A DNA stretch of 64,000 nucleotides from assembly GCA_050613775.1 (NCBI GenBank), contig JBODTK010000143.1, positions 248,001-312,000 on the forward strand, given 5' to 3'. The stretch comes from Neocallimastix sp. 'constans' (lineage: Eukaryota). Position 1 is the first letter of the stretch; every line of letters begins with the position of its first letter. The position numbers and the translations under genes are program-made. Below, piece after piece: positions 15,025 to 27,284 of the stretch. The notes below the pieces were generated by a model. It was not told where the DNA came from and searched no databases. It was given only the letters and a program-made list of their open reading frames with translations.

Positions 15025-16057
15025 TTAATTAATTAATTAATTTTTTTTTTTTTTTACTAAATTCATATATATATAATAATATGAAGTTTTTATAATAATG
15101 AACTTGATTACATATATGTTGTTATTATTTAGTATATTTAATTAATTATAAAATAATAATATTAAATTAATTTAATTAAAATTAAAAAATATATATATAA
15201 TATAAGAAAATAAAAAAAAAAAAAAAAAAAAAAAAAATAGAAATAGAAACTATCCATTTTTAAAATAATTTTATTATTATTAATATTCAAGTAATTATTA
15301 AATATTTTATAATAAATTTATCAATTCTCCTAACAAATAAATATAATAATAAATTAAATTTAAAAAAAAAAAATATTTATCGAAAATATAATTTCACTTA
15401 TATAACTTCATTTTGAAAATAAATTGTTTTTTTAATAATAATAATAATAATATTAATAAAAAAAAACATTCATCGAAGAAATTTTTAATCAAAATTTTTA
15501 AAAATATAAAAAGTTTATAAAAAATATCTTTTTTTTTTTATTTTTTTTTTTTTTTTTATTATTATTATTTTATTTTATTTTCATCATACGTAGAATTATG
15601 TGTGATAACATTTTTATTGAATTGGATTATTAATTCAGTTATAATAATAATAATAATAAAAAAAAAAAAAAAAAAAAAAAAAGCATCTAAAAAATAATAA
15701 ATCATATAAATATTAAATGTTAATAATTAATATAATTTAATCTGTAATGTTTTTTTTTTATGTTAATATATTCATATTTATTATTTTTAGAAAGACATAC
15801 TATATAAATTTATATATAAAATATAGTTTTCATTTTTTTTAATTTATGAATAAAAAAAAAAAATATTGTATCTCTAAATTAAAACTAGATCATTATTAAT
15901 GAATTTATTATAATCATAAATTTCTCCTGAAAATTTTTAAAGAAATTTTAATTCTCTTTCTGATGATAAAATTATAATTCGTATCTTAATTTGAATATTA
16001 TTGAAGATACTAATATATTTTATACTTTACTACTATTCAATATATTAGTATTAAATC

Positions 16058-16099
<42 letters not shown>

Positions 16100-16676
16100 C
16101 TTATTATTATTAAAATAAAATAAGTAAAAACTTATTGTAATAATACAAAATATAAAAATAATTCATACATTTAAAACCATAAAACATAAAATATATATAT
16201 ATATATATATATACATATAATATTAAAAAAAAATAACCAATAACAAAAAAAAATTATAAATATACATAATAATTTACTAAAAAAGATCCATAGTATGAAA
16301 TAAATTTTTTATGTATCTATAATTGATTAAATATTTTATAATTTTTTTTTTTTTTTTATTTAATTCATAATTGCTTATTTAGTCATAATATATAAAAATT
16401 TTTTATATATAAATTCATATTAATTCATATAATAAATATTATAAATATTATAAAGATTTATTGAAATTTTAATGATTATTATAAAGATTTTAGATTTTAT
16501 TATAATAAAAAAAAAATAGAGGATAGTATATAGTATAGTGATATAAATATTTAAATATTTTTAAAATGTCATTAATTTTCTTTTAATAATAAAAAATTAG
16601 AATAAAATATTTTATGTTTTTACGTTTTAATGTATTAATAACTTTTTTTTTTTTAATTATAAATTATATAATATTT

Positions 16677-18779
16677 TTATTGTTCAAAGCCATTTGTATT
16701 TGTATTCCGAGATTGAGATGGTCTTACGTGATGTTCACTTGAGAGTTCTGGATACCTTCTACTGTTAACTTTAATGTTGAAAATGTCTTGTTGCTTAACT
16801 GAATTCTTTTCGGTCTTTTTAATACTATTGGTACGATTTTGCGAAATGGAGGATTTCTCAATTTGTTTCAGAATTTCACTGCCTTTACTAAATAGAATTT
16901 TATGCCTATTTCTTTGGTCATATAATAACTTGAAAATTTTTATATTGATTTCGGAAATACTTTTGAGTCCACTATGAGTATTTTTAAAAATTAAATCTTC
17001 CACATCTTTTTCATTAACTTCAAGAATAATATTATTTTGATTAGCGTATTCGATCAGTAATTCTACCATCCTAATTTGATTATTTGTAATTGCCATTAAT
17101 AGGGGATATCTATCATAGCAATTTTTTTCATTAATATTCAAAATAATGCCGTTTTTATTGGCGTAATCGATAATTGATTTGACAATATCAATGTTATTTT
17201 TAATCGTTGCCAGTAAGAGGGGATAATTCCCATCATTATCGATCTCATTTATTTCCAGTAGAACGTTATTATTTTGTGCATAATTTATAATTAATTGAAC
17301 CATATCCATTTTATTTTTAACAATCGCCAGTAGAAGCGGTGTGTTCCTCTCATTATCTTTTTCATTTATCGTCAGAATAATATCATTTTTATTAGTATAA
17401 TCGGTAATTAACTTGAACATTTCAACACTGTTTAACGAAGCAATCCATAGAAGCGGAAAATTTCCATATTCTTTTTCTTTTTCATTTATATTCAATAGAA
17501 TATTATTTTCATTAGCATAATTTATCATCAATTTTATGATTTCTAAATTATTTAAAAAGGTAACCCAAAGCAGTGGATACCTTCCATATTCATTTTCTTT
17601 TTCATTAATATTGAGTGTTATGTTATTTTTATTGGCGTAATCTAGGATGAGATGAACAACTTCAATATCATTTTCGGAGGTCGCCCACAGAAATGGGAAA
17701 TCCCCATTATTCCTTTTCTCATCGATATTCAGAACGATATCATTTTCATTCGCATAATCCATAATTAATTTAGCTATCTCAATATTTTCATTATCTAAAG
17801 CACATAAAAATGGATAGTTGCCATACCTATTTTCTTTTTCATTCATTTTCAAAGCAATACGATGGTCTTTGGCATAGCGTAAAATCAGTTTAACTATTTC
17901 AATGTTGTCATTTTCTATTGCTTTGAGTAATGGGTACATTCCGTCACGATCTTTGTCATTTATTTCTAATATTTTGTTGTTTTTATTGGCATATTCAATA
18001 ATTGATTCTACCACTTCAGTATTGTTTTTCACCGTGGATAGTAGGAGAGAATAGTTTTCATCGAGATCTTTTGCATTGATTTCTAATTCAATATTATTTT
18101 CATCCGCATAATTTAAGACTAATTTAACCATTTCAATACTGTCTAGAGAAACGGCAGTTAAAAGACAATTTTGCCCTGAATCATTTTTTTCATTGATTGA
18201 TAATATAATATTTTTGGAATTGGCATAGCGTATTAGCTGTTGAGATAATTCCATATTATTGATGTAGATAGCAATTAAAAATGGATAATATTGAGTTTTG
18301 TTTTTTTCATTGATTTTCAAGGTGATATGATTTGAATTGGCATAATTAATAATTAATTCTACCATATCAATACTACTGTTGTATGCCGCATATATCAGCG
18401 GATAATCCCCATCTTCCTTTTTTTCCTCATTAATCTCAATGATAATATTATTTTTAGAGGCATAATCTATGATGAGTTGTGCTATTTCAATATTATTATT
18501 ATAGACGGAGAAAAGAAATGGATAATTTCCTTCATTATCAGTTTCATTAATTTCTAAAATAATATTTTTTTTAACGGCATAATCAATAATTAGTTGAACA
18601 ACCTCAATACTGTCATTCTCAATAGCAGACAGTAATGGGAATTTCCCATCCTCATTTTTCCAATTAATATTTAAAACGGTATCACATCCACTAGTATCAT
18701 TTAAAATTGCTGTCACCTTTTCTATTTCATTACTATTAATGAACTCTAATAGGTCTCTTTCTTTCTCAGCATAATCCAT
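16677..18779 (-). CDS. Ankyrin-repeat protein, 700 aa, roughly 15 repeats of 39-40 aa; paralogue of 11524-15024
   Basis: Intronless ORF with repeats NEKDNxGNYPLLxAxxNNNIEIVKLIIDYANKNNIILxI. Its N-terminal cap (AEKERDLLEFINSNEIEKVTAIL) resembles that of the first gene (AKEEKLFDYISEENIAKIEKIL). Confidence 0.95.
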   Translation of the reverse strand: MDYAEKERDLLEFINSNEIEKVTAILNDTSGCDTVLNINWKNEDGKFPLLSAIENDSIEVVQLIIDYAVKKNIILEINETDNEGNYPFLFSVYNNNIEIAQLIIDYASKNNIIIEINEEKKEDGDYPLIYAAYNSSIDMVELIINYANSNHITLKINEKNKTQYYPFLIAIYINNMELSQQLIRYANSKNIILSINEKNDSGQNCLLTAVSLDSIEMVKLVLNYADENNIELEINAKDLDENYSLLLSTVKNNTEVVESIIEYANKNNKILEINDKDRDGMYPLLKAIENDNIEIVKLILRYAKDHRIALKMNEKENRYGNYPFLCALDNENIEIAKLIMDYANENDIVLNIDEKRNNGDFPFLWATSENDIEVVHLILDYANKNNITLNINEKENEYGRYPLLWVTFLNNLEIIKLMINYANENNILLNINEKEKEYGNFPLLWIASLNSVEMFKLITDYTNKNDIILTINEKDNERNTPLLLAIVKNKMDMVQLIINYAQNNNVLLEINEIDNDGNYPLLLATIKNNIDIVKSIIDYANKNGIILNINEKNCYDRYPLLMAITNNQIRMVELLIEYANQNNIILEVNEKDVEDLIFKNTHSGLKSISEINIKIFKLLYDQRNRHKILFSKGSEILKQIEKSSISQNRTNSIKKTEKNSVKQQDIFNIKVNSRRYPELSSEHHVRPSQSRNTNTNGFEQ

Positions 18780-19599
18780 TTCATATAATTTAAATATTAC
18801 TAATATCTTATTTTAAAAAAAAAATAATAATATTTTATAATAATAATAAAGAAATAAAATTTAAAATAATTGCTAGAGATTAAAAATTAGTAATAAAGTG
18901 TTGTAGGTTCATATTTATTATAATAAAAAGTTACAAGAAAAAAAAATCTACTATAAAATATATATATTTTTTTACAAAATAATATAGATAATAAAAAGTT
19001 TTATTAAATATTTCATAGTTAAATAAATAAATTAAAAAAAAAAAAAAAATCCTTATAAATGATTCATTTAATTTTTTTTTTTTTTTTTTTTTTAATGTAA
19101 TAAAATATATAATATATAAATATATATATATAATATAATTTATAAAAATTTTTTTTTATAAAATATTTATTTAAAAAAAAAAAAAAAAAAAAAAAAAACA
19201 GTTTCTATTCATGATTTAGAGTTTATACAAATGTTTAAAAATTTAATTTATGCATTTTAATAAAAACTAGATTATTATTATTTTTTTTTTTTTAAATATT
19301 TAGATTCTTAACATTATTTAATACTATAATCATTTAAAAAAAAAAAATTTTTTTTTCTTTTTTTTTTTTTTTTTTTTTTTTATAAAATAGTTATTTCATA
19401 TAAAAAAATTTTCAATTAAAAAAAAAATGAAAAATGAAAAATAAAAATTATCAATAGAAAAAATTATAAAAAAAAAATTATTCTTTTTATATTAGAAAAA
19501 TGATATATCTAAAGAAGTTTTTATATAAAACAATTATAAAAAAATTTTTTCTTTTTATATTAGAAAAATGATATATCTAAAGAAGTTTCGTATAATAAC

Positions 19600-19630
<31 letters not shown>

Positions 19631-20324
19631 ATTTATACTGCATTAATTAAAAAGAGCATAAAATAATGTTTAAATGAATAAAATATATATATATATATGT
19701 TTTTAATTCTTTTTTTAATTTTTTTTTTTTTAATTTTTTTTTTTTTTTTTTTAAAGAAAAAAAAAATTTTTTAATATTTAATATCAAAAAATTACTTAAT
19801 ATGGTCATAATTACAATTAACTAAAAAAAAAAATTTTTTTTTTTTTTTAGTGAAAATTCTGTAAAATCATTTTTTAATCTATTTAAATTTTAATTATTCT
19901 AAATAATTTTTTTTTTTTTTTTTTTTTTTTGGTTTTAATTCAAAATTTACCTTCAATACTTAACTTTTATTAATATAAGTTAAAAATAAATCTATAATAT
20001 TGAATATTCTTGCCATACTGTAATGTATTAACACATACAAAACTATCTACAATAGTTTGGTTCCACTAACATTAAAGTTTTATTTTATATTATTTATTTT
20101 TTTTTTTTTTAAACTTTTTCAAATAATAAAAAGATTAAAAACATTATTAATTTAATATTAATAATATTATTAATAATAAATTAGAAAGAGTGTCTATTCC
20201 ATTTATCCAGAATTGAAAAAAAAAAAAAAAAAAAGTTTTTTTTTTATTTTTTTGGTCATATACAATAATGTAGATCAAAATGTAATGAATGGATAGACAA
20301 ACTATAATAATGTAAAATAAATAA

Positions 20325-20631
20325 TGTTATGACAGTTAGAGTTTAGGCAAAAAAAAGGGAAAAACTTTGAATTATATTTTATATAAAATCATTTGAAGCT
20401 TAATAATATAAACTTTTGTAATAAATAAATATATGACCTTCCCTTGTCCATCTGATCATATTATCCCAGCCACAACAGACAACGAATACTAGACAAAACT
20501 TTATAGCCGGGTTGTATCAGGATGACCACATATAGTGCTCCCATGTCATACCATTTCGTCGTATCGAATTACAGAACCACAAGATTTGGAGATATTGGAT
20601 ACGGCTAGCCATAATCACATACACAATAACA
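20325..20631. mobile_element. Candidate solo LTR or short element
   Basis: GC-richer island bounded by TGTTAT...ATAACA (TG..CA inverted termini). No direct target-site duplication seen. Confidence 0.3.
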
Positions 20632-21264
20632 TTATTATTACTCTACTACATAAACTTTTTCCCAATTTAGGAAATCTATGATATAAAACAAATATGTGTA
20701 GTAACATATTTGTATATTTAATAATAATTATTAAATATTAAATTTATATTTTTTGATAATAATTATTTTATTTTATTTTATTCTATTTCATTTCAATATG
20801 TATTATTATAATTATAATAATTATAATACTTTAATCCATATAAAATTTATAGAGTTTTATATATTAGAATATATAATTAATATATTACCTATTTCTTATA
20901 AATAGATTAGATTATTTATATTAGAAATAGTGAACTCTCTTGTAAATTCTTAGGAATTAGAATTATTATTTTAATTGTACGAATATTATAATATTATTAA
21001 TAAATTTTACAGCTAAACAACCATTATTTTAAAAACCCACCGCTTATAAATTATTGCGCATAAAAGTCCCGCATATCATCTGACCTATTACGTGATGTTC
21101 ACGTGAATACATTAACTAATTAGGATTTACAATACTCAGGAATCACCCCCGCTTCAAGTATGTATACATACAACTGAGAAGTACGATCATAGTGTAGACG
21201 AGACGATGGTTTGTTCGATTTAGGGTTAGGCTGTTAAATGGGTTATTTTTAGGGGGGTAAGGTG

Positions 21265-21516
21265 GGGTGTGGGGCATTTCTCCAAATTGCATTTCGCCAA
21301 TTTTTTTGAAAGCATATGGCAGTATTAAAAAAATGTGGCATTTTGCCAAATTGAAAATTATTAAATAAATAAATAAATAAAATTAAATATTATTAATATC
21401 GAATAAAAACAATTTTAAAAAAAAAATATTTTGAATTAATATTTATTTATTTTATTCATTTATTTATATCAATACTCCTCTTGTCGAAATGAAACTTGGG
21501 GAAATGTAACTCTCCC
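21265..21516. mobile_element. Mutator-type MITE (252 bp) with 9-bp target-site duplication GGTAAGGTG
   Basis: Left end GGGTGTGGGGCATTTCTCCAAATTGCATTTCGCCAA; right end (reverse complement) GGGAGAGTTACATTTCCCCAAGTTTCATTTCGACAA. GGTAAGGTG lies at 21256-21264 and 21517-21525. Confidence 0.85.
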
Positions 21517-21570
21517 GGTAAGGTGGAATCGAACTCTGGACTATTGACCCCAAGGGTATAAGTATTCACT
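21517..21570 (-). pseudogene. Degenerate tRNA-like (possibly Pro-TGG-derived) sequence or SINE head, interrupted by the MITE
   Basis: With the MITE removed, the minus strand reads ATACC-CTTGGGG-TCAAT-AGTC-CAGAG-TTCGATT-CCACC-TTACCCC. It has a B-box GTTCGATTCC and tRNA-like spacing, but the stems do not pair well. Confidence 0.35.
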
Positions 21571-21837
21571 TATTAAAATATTGTTTTATACTTTTCATAA
21601 TTTATATATATATATATATTAAAATTTATTTAATATTATTAAAGATGAAAATAACAATAATGGTACTATTCTTCATAATACCTATTGTATTGACTAGTAG
21701 ATATATTGAAAAATCTTATATGAATGTATATATATATATATATATTAATATCATATCTCTAAATTGAATCATTCCAAATTAATTATTACCTAAGTAAAAG
21801 ATAAAAAAAAAAAATAATAATAATTGAAATATTTGTA

Positions 21838-21879
<42 letters not shown>

Positions 21880-22080
21880 TTTTATTTATTAAATTTTAAT
21901 ATATGATTTATGACGATAAAATCTTTTTATTATAAAAAAGAATAATATAAATTTATTTAACAACTTTTTTTTTTTTTTTTTTTTTTAAATAGTCACTTTC
22001 TTTATTAGTAGTTTTATTATTATTATTATAAAATTTCATAGTAAATATTATTAATAGATTTTGTTATATTAATAAATTAC

Positions 22081-22111
<31 letters not shown>

Positions 22112-22521
22112 ATAATAATATTTTAATAATAGTATTATTATACATTATATATTATATATTATATATAAGATAAAGTTGAAATAATAAAAAAGGAAAAAAA
22201 AAATTAAGTTAAAACTATAATATTATATACAAAGATATATATTTTATATTAAAGGTATATTGAATAATTGATTAAAGATGATTTTTATAATTGAAATTAT
22301 GTGCGTTAAATGATAATCTTTTTTGAAATATCCAATAAATTTTATTACAGAAAAAAGAAAATAAAATTGAAAAAAAAATAAAAATTTAGTAAAAAAAAAA
22401 ATAAAAAATAAAAAATAAAAAATAAAAAACAAAACAGAAAAAAAAAGATAAAAATAAAAATAAAAATAAAAATAAAATAGAATTATTAAAATTAATAATT
22501 TATTTCTTTAAAATAAAATAT

Positions 22522-24921
22522 CTAATCAATGACTATTATATTTCTTCTTCTAAATTCATAGTGTATATTATCCTTCTTCTTATTAAATGTTTTCTTTTTA
22601 TTTACTTCTGAATTTGAATTTGAATTTATTTTTATGTTTTCATCATTAATTCTACTGCTACCTCCTCTAATTAAGTTTATACTATTTATTTTTCTTTTTC
22701 TTTTAGATTTTTCCAAACTACCTTCATTATTTTCCTCAATATCTATTACATGTTCATTTTCTTTTTCTTCTTGAGAATTTGAATTAAATTCAATTTTATT
22801 ATCTCTAAAATCATCAGGGTTTTCTTTATAATCATTATCAGAATCATTAGCATTTTTATCATTATTGAATTCTTCATAATCTTCAGAAATTTCTTCATCA
22901 TCACTACCAATATAATTATTATCCAATTCTTCATAAATGTCAGAACTTTCTTTATAATCACTATCAGAATCAGTATCATTTTTATTATTACTGTATTCTT
23001 CTTCTTCTTCTTCACTATCAAGATTAATAACTTGATTAACAACCTTATGATTTTTATTTTCTATATTAATAATATCGTTATCATCGACCGTTATAATCCT
23101 CCTTTTTCTTTTATTATTAATTTTCTTGCTTTTATTTATTATAATTTCAAAATTTGGTAGATTCGAAACTTTATGCAAAATAAAAATATTTTCATCATTA
23201 TTACTTTCATTTGTCATATTAAAATTTTCATCATTATTCGCAATATTATTTCTATTAGGACTACTGCTGCTGATGTTATCATTTAAATCTTGAATAGTTT
23301 TATCCGAGTCTTCCTCATCTTTTTCAAAATCTAAACCTACATTAATATCTGAAATATCCAAATCACTATAAATTTTATTAAGTAATTTAGTATTATTAAT
23401 TCTCATAATATCGTAATTTATTCCTGAATTACTATTATCATTCAAACCGAAAGAAGAATCCATATCTGAAATTTCTAAAAAATTATCAATTCTACTTACA
23501 AAGTTAGAATTATTATCAGTCACACCATTTTCTTTATCCTTTTTTAAATCAGAATCAGTACCAGTTTTTAATATTCCTAATTTATTACTTATATCATCAA
23601 TTATACCATGATAAGTTACTTTTTTTTTATTTTTTAAATTAGTTTTTATGTCGGTGTTTGTATTACTTTTATTACTTTCATCATTATTATCTACTTTATC
23701 TTCTTCATTGCTATGAATAACAAGATTACTTAATTTTGAAGATCTAACAATATCGAGTTGAAGGGAACTTGTCTCCTCATTTTCACCGGTTTTAACATTA
23801 TCATCTTTTATACGGTTATTCTCAGCTGTATCAGTATTATCATGATTCACATTACTTTTTGACTTTTCAATAGTAAAATTCTTACTTTCTATTTGTTCAG
23901 TATTAATTTTATTGATAATTCCATTTTCCATTATATTATCAGTATTAGATTTGAGAGTAACATTATCTTCTTTTTTATTTTTAATATTATTTTGAATATT
24001 TTTATTATTATTATTATTATCAGTTTTCGTTATTTTTTCTTCATTTATTTTTTTAATATTATCTTTATTATCTGTACTATCACTATCATTTTTAACATCT
24101 ACATTTTTATTTTTATCCAAACTATTTTTATTAAGATTATCAATTTCCATTTCAGAATTACTAGATTCATTAGGATAATATTTTGGTAAATTGTACTTAT
24201 ATTTACGATTTTTATTATATTTATTTTTCAAATTTATTTTTTCAATTAATTCATTATAAAGTTTATAATTGAATGATTGATCATTCTTATCATTATTACT
24301 ATCTTTATTACTATTAAGTGTATCTGATATATTTACAGCCTTATCATTATTATCTTTTTTAGTATTTTTATTTAAATTATTTTCTAATGTGTTATTATTA
24401 TTACAATTTTTATTTTCATTATCTTTTTCATTTTTATCATCTTTTAAACTTTCATTCTCAGCTTCTGTAGCACTTTCGGTTTCTTCTATATCATCATTTT
24501 CATACGTTTCTTCACTTTTATCACTATCATTCGTGCTGTCAGATTCAATTTCATCTTCTATATCATCTTCTATATCATCTTTTATATCAATTTCTATATC
24601 ATCTTTTATATCATTATCTACCTTTTTTTCTTTAGTTTTATTTAATTTTTTAAATTGTTTTTCAACTATTATTCTTTTTTCTTTTTGTATTAAATTTTTT
24701 ACTTCTTTTTCAATTATTTGCCTAAAAAAATTTTTTTTTAAACATCTTCTAACTTCATTTTTAATTTGTAAAATGATTTCATCTTGAACAATTTCTGTTA
24801 ATATCTCCTGAACTATGTCTTTGATTTCTTTTTCCACATCAATATTGTTTACTTTTGTTTTTTTATTTTGAAAGTCATCTTCATTAAATTCTTCCTTTCT
24901 TTTTAAAATTTTCTTTTCCAT
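22522..24921 (-). CDS. Hypothetical 799-aa N/D/E/K-rich, largely disordered protein with predicted N-terminal coiled coil; likely nuclear
   Basis: 2.4-kb uninterrupted ORF in stop-rich DNA, with basic NLS-like clusters (KRKRR, KRKRK). No recognised domain. Confidence 0.8.
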   Translation of the reverse strand: MEKKILKRKEEFNEDDFQNKKTKVNNIDVEKEIKDIVQEILTEIVQDEIILQIKNEVRRCLKKNFFRQIIEKEVKNLIQKEKRIIVEKQFKKLNKTKEKKVDNDIKDDIEIDIKDDIEDDIEDEIESDSTNDSDKSEETYENDDIEETESATEAENESLKDDKNEKDNENKNCNNNNTLENNLNKNTKKDNNDKAVNISDTLNSNKDSNNDKNDQSFNYKLYNELIEKINLKNKYNKNRKYKYNLPKYYPNESSNSEMEIDNLNKNSLDKNKNVDVKNDSDSTDNKDNIKKINEEKITKTDNNNNNKNIQNNIKNKKEDNVTLKSNTDNIMENGIINKINTEQIESKNFTIEKSKSNVNHDNTDTAENNRIKDDNVKTGENEETSSLQLDIVRSSKLSNLVIHSNEEDKVDNNDESNKSNTNTDIKTNLKNKKKVTYHGIIDDISNKLGILKTGTDSDLKKDKENGVTDNNSNFVSRIDNFLEISDMDSSFGLNDNSNSGINYDIMRINNTKLLNKIYSDLDISDINVGLDFEKDEEDSDKTIQDLNDNISSSSPNRNNIANNDENFNMTNESNNDENIFILHKVSNLPNFEIIINKSKKINNKRKRRIITVDDNDIINIENKNHKVVNQVINLDSEEEEEEYSNNKNDTDSDSDYKESSDIYEELDNNYIGSDDEEISEDYEEFNNDKNANDSDNDYKENPDDFRDNKIEFNSNSQEEKENEHVIDIEENNEGSLEKSKRKRKINSINLIRGGSSRINDENIKINSNSNSEVNKKKTFNKKKDNIHYEFRRRNIIVID

Positions 24922-25413
24922 AAGAAATTTTATATATAAAAATAATAAATTTGTATCAATAGTTTCTTTGTATAAAATGTATAAAAAACCTTTTCATTAT
25001 TTTATTTTTAATATAAAAAAAATAATAATAACAACAGTAATAATAGTTATTAATAATCAATAATTAAAATTTGAACAAAAACTTTTATCCAAAAAAAACA
25101 AAAAAAAAAAAAAAAAAAACAAAAAATCGAATAATTGAATTTATTAATTAAATTTTAATTAAATATTATTTATTAAACGAATAGTAAAAATTTATAATAA
25201 AATATGATATTATAAATATTTATTATTTTAACATATAATATTAAAATTTTATTTATTAAATAATCGATAAAACTTTTAAAATGTATTACATAATATTGAA
25301 AATTTTATAAAACTATTAGTAAAAATTATAATTATTATTATAAAATAAAATTAGATTTTTTTGAATTTGATTTAATACTGAGCCTTCATATTTTATTATA
25401 AAATGTTTATACT

Positions 25414-25449
<36 letters not shown>

Positions 25450-25450
<1 letters not shown>

Positions 25451-26170
25451 GACTGGAACTAAACGAGAAGGAGTCTTTCCCTTAAAAGTATTAAACTCTC
25501 ATTAAATTCTTTGCTATACCATATTGACGTCGAGGAGGACCTCTCTCTTAGCAAGTCTGATATGAAAGACATTCTCTATATACCACTTTATACGATGGTC
25601 TTATTTATAGTAATCTCTTGAACCATCATCGAGGGGAGAAATAGTTTTACTAATCCTCTCACAGAGAGTGCTCTCTAGAGAACTAGAGGAATAAGTTGAT
25701 CTTTCAAAAAGTCCTTGTATACCAGATTTGCATATTATATTTCCCAAGAGTCCAGCAATAAATTTTGGATCTTAATCAGGTTTTAATGTTATTAGCTTGG
25801 AAACAACTTTAATTAAAAATTCATTTTCATTTTACCATAATTTAAATAATTGTTAAAATTTTCTATTATTTTGTTTTTGCTTAAAATTAAATTATCCTCG
25901 AGTGCATTATCGTTATTTCTGATACAACATTGTATACTAAAGATACCATCGCATAAGCCGGGTATAGGAGTGTTTCTAATAATTATATTGTCTAGCAACG
26001 GGAATTCCTACTATGGCGAGAGAGTACCAACTTCATTTATAGGGAAAAACACCCTGGGAGGATAAAAATTGGCCCATATATATTCAAGAGGTAGTCGGAG
26101 TCGATCTAAAAACCCTATGTATGTTCGTCCTAAGGACTAATCACCAGGATAAAAACTGAAAATACTATAA
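25450..26170 (-). mobile_element. Degenerate dispersed repeat, copy 1 (possibly retroposed; poly-A tract at its minus-strand 3' end)
   Basis: Homologous to the reverse complement of 59540-59930 (e.g. GAACCATCATCGAGGGGAGAAA vs GAACCATTATCGAGGGAGAAA; ACTATGGCGAGAGAGTACCAA vs ACTATGGCGAGCGAATACCAA). Preceded on the + strand by a T-run at ~25418-25449. Confidence 0.6.
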
Positions 26171-26417
26171 AGTCTATTATAATTAAAATTAAGCTCTTAC
26201 ATTTTGAGTTACTGAATTCAGTATATTTTATAAAAAAAGAGCTCATTTTAAAATATGATTTGATAAAAATCTGTTTAATCATTCAGTTAACAGAGAAAAT
26301 AACTACTTTTTTATAAATCACTTTAAATCATCTTTAAATTTAATAATAATTTATTTTGGAAAAAAACAAAGTAACAACAATTAAACGACAATGGAAAAAT
26401 TTAATACATATTATTAA

Positions 26418-26456
<39 letters not shown>

Positions 26457-27284
26457 TTTAAAATAAAAAAGCTGAATAAAAAAAAATATTAAAAATTTAA
26501 TATAAAAATACTAAATAAAAAAAAAAAAAAACCATAGGAAATAATTGTAAGGAAGCTTTAATGAAAAAAATTTATTCCATTCTTAAATAATTTTCCGTTA
26601 AACGAAATACTAACGAAATACTAATAATCAAAGGCAATAAATTGATAAATTATTTGAAATGAAGTTAATCCTTAAAATCTTATTAAAATCTTTTAATATT
26701 TAAAATCCATTCATAATCAAAATCCTTTTTTTTTTTTTTTTTTTTTTTTTTAATTATTGTTTCTAAATAATATTAATTAATATTTCGACTCATGTGTTTA
26801 TATAATCTTAAGAAGTTTCAAAATAAATATATATATGTATTCTATTAAAATCATATATTTTATAATTTAGTGAATAAATTGAAAGTATATATTTTTTGTT
26901 TATTATTATGTTTTATTTATTTATTTATTTATTATTTTTTTTTTTATTTATTTTTTATAAGATCTAATTCATTTAAAACTTATTGAATTGTTTATAATTT
27001 ATTCAATATACTTATCAATTAAAAGAATTATATAAATATATATATTTTGATATAATAAAAAAATATTCATAAATATTATATATATGTATATTTAATATTT
27101 TAAAGGTACTAAAAATTTTTATCATTTCTATTTATATAAAAATTAAGATTATTATGCAATGGAGATATACATAATTTAAGGCTACTTAATTATATTAAGA
27201 GGTAATAATTAAAAGTTTATTTAATATAATAATAAATTTTTTTTTTTTTTTGTTGTGTGACATCCACATTTCATTTTTGATTAT

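Noticed and set aside
21220..21230. Telomeric repeat TTAGGGTTAGG
   Set aside because: Fewer than two full units and internal; not a telomere.
21143..21349. 68-aa minus-strand ORF
   Set aside because: Spans the MITE junction and starts at a non-ATG codon; chance ORF.
22746..24787. Short ORFs overlapping the 799-aa gene
   Set aside because: Shadow frames of low-complexity coding sequence.
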